Assembly: GCF_009914755.1 (NCBI RefSeq)
Contig: NC_060932.1
Reading direction: 5' to 3' (one strand)
Source of the DNA: the human T2T-CHM13v2.0 reference genome, Homo sapiens
DNA: 64,000 nt
Below the pieces are notes generated by a model that did no database searches, was not told where the DNA came from, and saw only the letters and a program-made list of their open reading frames with translations. Shown here piece after piece: positions 57,310 through 64,000 of the stretch (its first letter is position 1; every line of letters starts with the position of its first letter). A program made the translations under genes and the position numbers.

Positions 57310-57940
57310 TTTTCTCATTCAATAATTCATTCATCAAATATTTACTATGTACCTACTAGGTGGTGTAAACTTAGCAGGAAATGTAATGGACAAAAAAAAA
57401 AAAACATTCCTGTCTTCATGGAGCTTACTTTCTCATTGGGGAGACAATAAATAAGTAAGTAAAATCCATGGTAGGTGAGTGAGTGATGGGTGCTAAGGAG
57501 AACACTAAAGGCAGGATGGAGGTAAGAAGCCTTGAAGGAGAGGTCAGAGATTTTTAACAGGGTGGCTAAGGAAGGGCTCACTGATAAGGGGCCACGTGAG
57601 AAGTGCACTGAGGGAAGTGAGAGAACATTCCCAGCACAAGCGTGGCAAGTGTAAAAGTCCTGGGGTGAGACTCTCTGGCACGTTTGAGGACCAACAATGA
57701 GCCCAGTGGGGCTGAAGCAGAACACACAATAAACAAGTGGGACTGAAAGGAGATAAAGTCGAAGAGGTAACCAGGGGTTAAATCATAGGTCATAAAGGAG
57801 TGGACTTTTCTATGAATGAGCTGGGAGACCACAGAGCTTTGAGCAAAGGATTGGCATTTTAACATTTCTGGCTGCTGAAGGGAAGGCAGGTAGAAAGGGG
57901 GCAAGGGTCGATGCAGCAGGGCCAGTTTAGCAGGCTGCTG
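57310..57940 (-). mobile_element. L2 3' portion
   Basis: attcattcatcaaatatttact...cctgtcttcatggagcttac...acagggtggctaaggaagggctcactga. Confidence 0.78.
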
Positions 57941-59194
57941 TCCTTTCCTTCTCTACTAGTCGAAACCTCTCCACTGGGCTCTGTCTGCAGCTGTCTACCT
58001 GTGCCCCTTCCTGACAATCTGCTCCTCCTCCTCCCTAATCTACCTCTTTGAGTGCTACCAAACACCGACTCAAACCTCCCCATTCCCCGTTAGAAAAGAA
58101 ATCGAAGAACTCACACTAGAACTCACGCTCTCCACCATGTGCCCTGCTTGACCTTCCCAACCTCATCTCCCAGGCCTCTGCCACATATGTCCAACAGACC
58201 AACCACAAAACGCTTGTTCAGCACATTCAAATACATCTACACAGTCCCAGTTTTCTGGCCTTTGCTCTCTCTGCCTGAACATTCCTGACACCCGCCTCCA
58301 CCTACTGAAATCCTCCCAGTCTTTCAAGGTTCATCTCAAATGCCACCTCCTCCATATAACTTTTCCTGATCCCTCAACTGGATGCTCCTTCTGCAGCCTT
58401 GAACCTCCACAGCTTTGCACCTGTTCTCTTCTTATGGCCTTTAATACATTTCCATCTGTATTTGTCCTGGCTCCCTCAGTGGACTCTAAGCTCTTGGAGG
58501 GTAAACCATGGCTCACTCAACTGTATAACTAAAGCATGGAGTACAGCACCCTCTATAGAGTGAACATTCAGTGAATTCAATGATGCCAACATTATCCTTC
58601 CATGAGCAAAATTCTCCAACTTTCAGTAGCCTCTTTAAATCAGTTTATCACCTCAGGGTAACTATTTTATTTAGTTAGGATTTTAAATATATTGCACTCT
58701 AACAGACAAAATCCTAGCAGAGAAATCTCTGTTACATTTTATGCTTAATAAATAATACTAAGCAATTAAGCTTCAAAGATTAAAAAGTGGACATAGAAAG
58801 TAAAATCATTCTTATGATTAACTGCCACCAAAAGTTTTTTAGATAGAAGGCTGCCCAGTTAAATTTGGAATGCTTTAAAATGCTGGACCTCAAACCTCAG
58901 GAAAATGGATTCACTTAAATATTTTAAGTGTTTATTTTTATTGGTAAGATTTTTGATGGAATCAATGCTAATTTCTTTGTGGAATGTAATGCAGATATAC
59001 TGAGAATTCTACTTTCCCCTTTGCGGTGTCTTAAATCAGTGTTATTCCTGCATAATTTATAATAAGAGTATGAAAACACTGAGTCAGATTTTCTCAATGT
59101 CTGTCATTAAAATGTGGAGGTGGAGTATATTTTCTTCTATCATTCTCTACAATAGAACTTCCCAAAAGGGCGCCATTCTGTATGGCTCAAATAA

Positions 59195-59498
59195 TTTTCT
59201 TTTTTTTTTTTTTCGTGAGACGCAGTCTTGCCTCTGTCACTCAGGCTTGAGTGCAGTGGCACAATCTTGGCTCACTGCAACCTCCACCTCCCGGTTCAAG
59301 CGATTCTCCTGTCTCAGCCTCCAAAGTAGCTGGGATTACAGGTGCTCACCACAACGCCCATCTAATTTTTTTATTTTAAGTAGAGACTCGGTTTTGCCAT
59401 GTTGGCCAGGTTGGTCTCGAACTCCTGACCTCAGGTAATCCGCCCACCTTGGCCTCCTAAAGTTCTGGGATTACAGGCATAAGCCACTGCACCTGGCC
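59195..59498 (-). mobile_element. AluS
   Basis: Reverse dimer; TSD-like aata(a/g)ttttct. Confidence 0.94.
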
Positions 59499-59600
59499 AA
59501 TAGTTTTCTGTTTAAGGAAGTATAAGTTACCAACTTCTACCTCCTCTTTGAAGGTACTAATATTGGTATCCAAATTTCAAATATAAAGTAAAGACCAAAA

Positions 59601-59905
59601 AGCCAAGCGTGGTGGCTCACACCTGTAATCCCAGCACGTTGGGAGGCTGAGGCAGGCAGATCCCTTGGGTCCAGGAGTTCTAGATCAGCCTGTGAAACAT
59701 GGTAAAACCCCATCTGTACAAAAGATGCAAAAATTACCTAGGTGTGGTGGCACAGGCCTGTAGCCCCAGCTACTGGGGAGCTGAGCCAGGAAGGATCACT
59801 TGAGCCTGGGAGGTTGAGGCTGCAGCGAGCCAAGATCACACCACTGCACTCCAGCCTGGGTGACAGAGAGAGACTCTGTCTCAATAAACTAAAATAGAAT
59901 AAAAA
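59601..59905 (+). mobile_element. AluJ
   Basis: Full dimer; TSD aagaccaaaa. Confidence 0.93.
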
Positions 59906-60739
59906 TTTTAAAAATTAAGACCAAAAGAAGCCCTACTCCAGAAAATAGAAGGGAAAAAAGGATCTGGGACTCAAACTCAGATTTAACTCAAAATGGACTT
60001 TTCTATGAATCATTTTTTAAGGCAAGACCTCAATAATAAATCTCAGCTTTGTTAAAAAGTAACCTCAATAATAAATCTCAGCTTTGTTAAAAAAAAAAAA
60101 AGTGATGTCAATAGCAGAATGATTCCTGGAGATTTAATTTGTCCTTTGGAAAATTATATTAAATATGAGTCACTTTCTTCAGGTGATATGTATTAGATAC
60201 ACTAAAGGAAATCAATGTATACAAGATAAAAATGAATTAATTTTAAATATTCTAATTGAACATCATTTTATATCATCAATGTCATTTTTAGCAAAAACAT
60301 TTTCAGTGTAATTCAATTAAAACAGTATTTCTTTCTAACAAGATAATGTGTCTCTTGAAGTTCCAGTCTTGATATGATTAGAGAATCCAGTACAAGTGGA
60401 AATAATAAAATGAATCAGCTGTGTGTCCCAGTCAGGAGGTTTGGCTGCAGAAGTAGGATCAGTCATGATAATCAAGGCATAGGGTAAAAAAAGGAGACTT
60501 TATCAAAAATACTAACAAGAAAATCAGAACATAAACAGATTTTATAAACCAACTACCCATCACCATTCAAGGACTCCTCTTATTCTCGTTTTTAAAAGAA
60601 AATATCTTGAACCATCAAACTGAGCATAGAGAAGACAGAGAAAAGCAACCCCTGGCAGTACAAGAAGTTATCCCATAAAATAGTGTATACATTCAATTTC
60701 CAAAAATCATTTTTGAATTCTCAATGGCCCTGATCGCTT

Positions 60740-61160
60740 TTGAACTTGCATATCTAAGTATGGGTTCCCCAGGAGAAGGCCCTGAGACAAGAGTTCGCAT
60801 CTAAGTAATTTATTGGGGCAACTCAGGGAACACTGGGTGGAGAGTGTGGTCGAAGTGCACTGGAAGGGAGGAGAGCCCACGAAAGACACAGAAACACACC
60901 TCAGAATTGCCTACCCCAAGAGGGGCAGGAGCTGCGGTGTTCATCCAGTCATCTGGTTAAGACTTCTCTGGGGCATGGGAGGCCAGGGGGTTCATTCCTT
61001 GGTACCTGAAAACCGCCTCAAGCAGGAGCCAAGCAGTTTTCTCAGCCCACAAAGAAAAACCTTCAGGTAAATGATTTCAGTCCTGGCAGTTGGTGGACCT
61101 CTGCCATGAAAACAGTAGGGTCCAAAAATGTGGACAGGGCATTGATAGCATTGTCTACAC
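60740..61160. mobile_element. Old MLT1 LTR
   Basis: gggttccccaggagaaggccctgagacaagagttcgcatctaagtaatttattgggg...atgtggacagggcattgatagcattgtctaca. Confidence 0.6.
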
Positions 61161-61347
61161 TGCATCTTCCAAAAGAACTTCATTCTCAGCAACAGTTGTA
61201 TCTGCTGTTGGTATTTGATATCAATCTTCTCCCCGCTTTTTTCTACTGTCCAATAGATCATATATTTCATATTCAAGTCACCTAACCCTAAGCTATAAAA
61301 CATATAATTTTATCTTACATATGACTTTATTTCTCCCTTTGAGTCTA

Positions 61348-61679
<332 letters not shown>

Positions 61680-62736
61680 GAATCAAAGATTATTGCTATG
61701 TTTTAAATTCTTTGACATCAACCTTATCTCAATTGAGTTGTGAAAAAAAATCACTCTTTTGATAGTAGCCATAATGGTCTACAATAGGTTCACAAAAATG
61801 TTGGGCTGGTGCACATGGGAAGAGATCAGGCCATGCCAGCATCCAGAGAATGCTTTATGTTATTAGAGCATAAGAAGTCATGTACAGTTCCAAAAGTGCA
61901 CACTGTCACAAAATCATGGGAAGGGAGAGGGCCACATCTAAAATGTAACTGGAAAGAGGCATTTTCAATGAAATAGCACTTCATTTGCTTTCAAAAATTA
62001 CAGTCTTTAAAAATGGTCCAATCTAACTATTATTGTTCTTAGGCCATAGCGACATGTCTGTAACATATGAGTAACTTTATTCCAGGCTGGAAATGTTCCT
62101 CTTTGGCCACACTGTGTACACAGTCAAAACGAGATGATAATGTGCCTAGGTAAATTTTACCTAACACAACCTTGACTGATGAAAGTACTTGATAAATATT
62201 ATGCTTCATAATTTATATCAAAAAAATCAATTCAGAGAATGTTGGAAACAAAACTAAAACTAATGGGAGTGTCACATTATAGGTTTCTGGAATTAAAGGG
62301 ACTTATTGTCATTCAACAGATATATGAAATACTGAACAAATATTGTCTGGTCATGATCACTTCAAATTGTTTAGGTTATAGATTGCCTAATCTAGTTTAA
62401 TATAATCAGTATTTTTAAGAGAAATAAAAATGAAAAAAAATAAACCATATATCACCAAGACCTTCTGGATGCTTTTACACTGCATTTGGAGGTCCATCCC
62501 CTGGCCACCCTTCTCTGGGGCCACATGCAAGCATTTGACAGAGCTGTTAAGTGAGATCCCTTTCTAGTGGTAGGTATTATACTTATGTAGGCATCAAACC
62601 ACACTGCCAAAGCCACTATTCCCCTGAAATAAACCCTCCATGGCACAATGCACTTGATTTTTAATATTTTAAAAATCAGACATCTCTAATTATAGTAAAT
62701 AACATATATAGACATCTGTTTCTTTATGATCTAAAT

Positions 62737-63033
62737 CAGTGCTTCTCAAACTGTGTGTGAGGAAAAACCATTTTTTTAAATTATTATTTCTAGTCTGTCA
62801 TCTACTAATACTTTTGCAAAATACACAAATGATGAATTATTTAAAAATTAATTTTTAAATAACATACAAAATATAACCTTAATTTTTAAATTATTCTTAG
62901 ATGCAACAGGCAAAAAAATTACTCTGTCAAGTTTCTAAGAGTTTTGCAACACTTACTCTCAATCTTAGTACTTATCTGGCCACAGACAGTGGGTAGACAG
63001 CATGGGCCTGGGACCACACTATGAGTAGCACTG
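62737..63033. mobile_element. hAT-Charlie-type MITE
   Basis: TIRs cagtgcttctcaaa / atgagtagcactg. Ends about 43 bp from the exon donor. Confidence 0.7.
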
Positions 63034-63076
63034 ATCAAAGTGCCATGCATGTATTTATTCAAGAGGTATACTTTAC

Positions 63077-63294
63077 CTCTGACATCCTTTCCAAATCCCA
63101 TCGAAGAAACTTTTTTGTCCGCTTGTTCACTGTTGTTTGATTTCTCCTTCAGAACATCGTCATCACTAACAGCATCAACAGAAAATTTTTTCTTTTTCTT
63201 TTTCTTGTGTCGAGGTGGAAGCTTTTTTGGGAAAGTAAACATTGGGAATATCACAAGAAACATTGCAATGGCACAAAGGAGGAATCCACTCCAC
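63077..63294 (-). CDS. SLCO5A1: SLCO5A1/OATP5A1 internal coding exon (probably exon 4): TM helix plus large cytosolic loop with poly-Lys
   Basis: Acceptor ttttAG (63296-63295) and donor AG|GTAAAG (63076-63075). 218 bp = 1+72 codons+1, reading WSGFLLCAIAMFLVIFPMFTFPKKLPPRHKKKKKKKFSVDAVSDDDVLKEKSNNSEQADKKVSSMGFGKDVR. The W-x-G-F-L...FP motif is typical of OATPs and the peptide matches OATP5A1 as I recall it. Exon number is from memory. Confidence 0.97.
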
Positions 63295-63795
63295 CTAAAA
63301 AATTGGAAAATGTGAATAGCATTTACGTCTTTTCTTTTGTGAGTGAGAACAAATTAGTAAAGCAGAAGTTTGTGGTGAAAAAATTTTGAAGAAAACTTTT
63401 TGTAATCAACTGTAAAGCAGTAGGAAGTTGAGCAAACTAAGAAAATGAAGGAATTCTCTCTTTCTGTGATATAAATGAGAAATCTACTCAATAATTATAC
63501 CAGTGTTATACTGAATATTATAATCAGCAACCTGATTCGAATTTCATTCAAGTATTTTTGAGCACCAATGAGTTAGTTCTGCTAGCATTGCTAACCTTCT
63601 ACAATGTGTATTTTATGATAAATCCCTAAATTATAAATTCAATAGAAAAATAATGTAGACAATAGCATGTTATGTGGACCAATATAGACTTTTTTTTGTC
63701 ATAAGAAAAGCATTAATATCCCATGTGAAATATGTTTTAAATTATTGAGAATATTCAAATATTTTTCTGCAAACACTTAAGAATGTATTGACCCA

Positions 63796-64000
63796 GCTGG
63801 GCGCGGTGACTCACACCTATAATCCCAGCACGTTGGGAGGCTGAAACAGGAGTTTGAGACCAGCCTGGCCAACATGGTGAAACCCTGTCTCTACTAGAAA
63901 TACAAAAATTAGCCAGGTGTGGTGGTGGGCACCTGTAATCCCAGCTACTCGGGAGGCTGAGGCAGGAGAATCACTTGAACTTGGGAGGCGGATGTTGCAG
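63796..64000 (+). mobile_element. Alu with left-arm deletion, cut by window end
   Basis: gggaggctgaaacaggagtttgagacc lacks the ggatcac segment. Confidence 0.9.

Noticed and set aside
62919-63263. 114-aa ORF as a standalone gene or retained-intron isoform
   Set aside because: It is the SLCO5A1 exon reading through its donor into intron and MITE sequence; there is no evidence for retention.

Overview
Primate (very likely human) genomic DNA, not microbial. The whole window lies inside the minus-strand organic anion transporter gene SLCO5A1 (OATP5A1). Three coding exons can be read directly and splice in frame: 63077-63294 (218 bp), 45692-45856 (165 bp) and 12685-12883 (199 bp). They are separated by introns of 17,220 and 32,808 bp, and the gene continues past both window ends. 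The ORF track catches only the first two exons (as intron read-throughs) and misses the third. The rest is intron rich in interspersed repeats: about 25 Alu elements or fragments, L1/L2/MIR, several solo LTRs with intact target-site duplications, and Tigger/MER/MADE1 DNA-transposon relics. There is also a 3'-truncated 7SK pseudogene and an intragenic CpG-rich island with a strong CTCF motif. I see no convincing novel protein-coding system. The most interesting observations are (1) a candidate spliced antisense transcript from the CpG island, (2) an exact 44-bp locally templated insertion inside an Alu with microhomologies at each junction, (3) a 161-bp non-adjacent direct duplication, (4) a duplication with an inverted spacer next to an Alu-split MADE1, and (5) a frame-preserving cassette exon bracketed by inverted Alus. 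Repeat subfamily calls come from my memory of consensus sequences, and most repeat boundaries are approximate.
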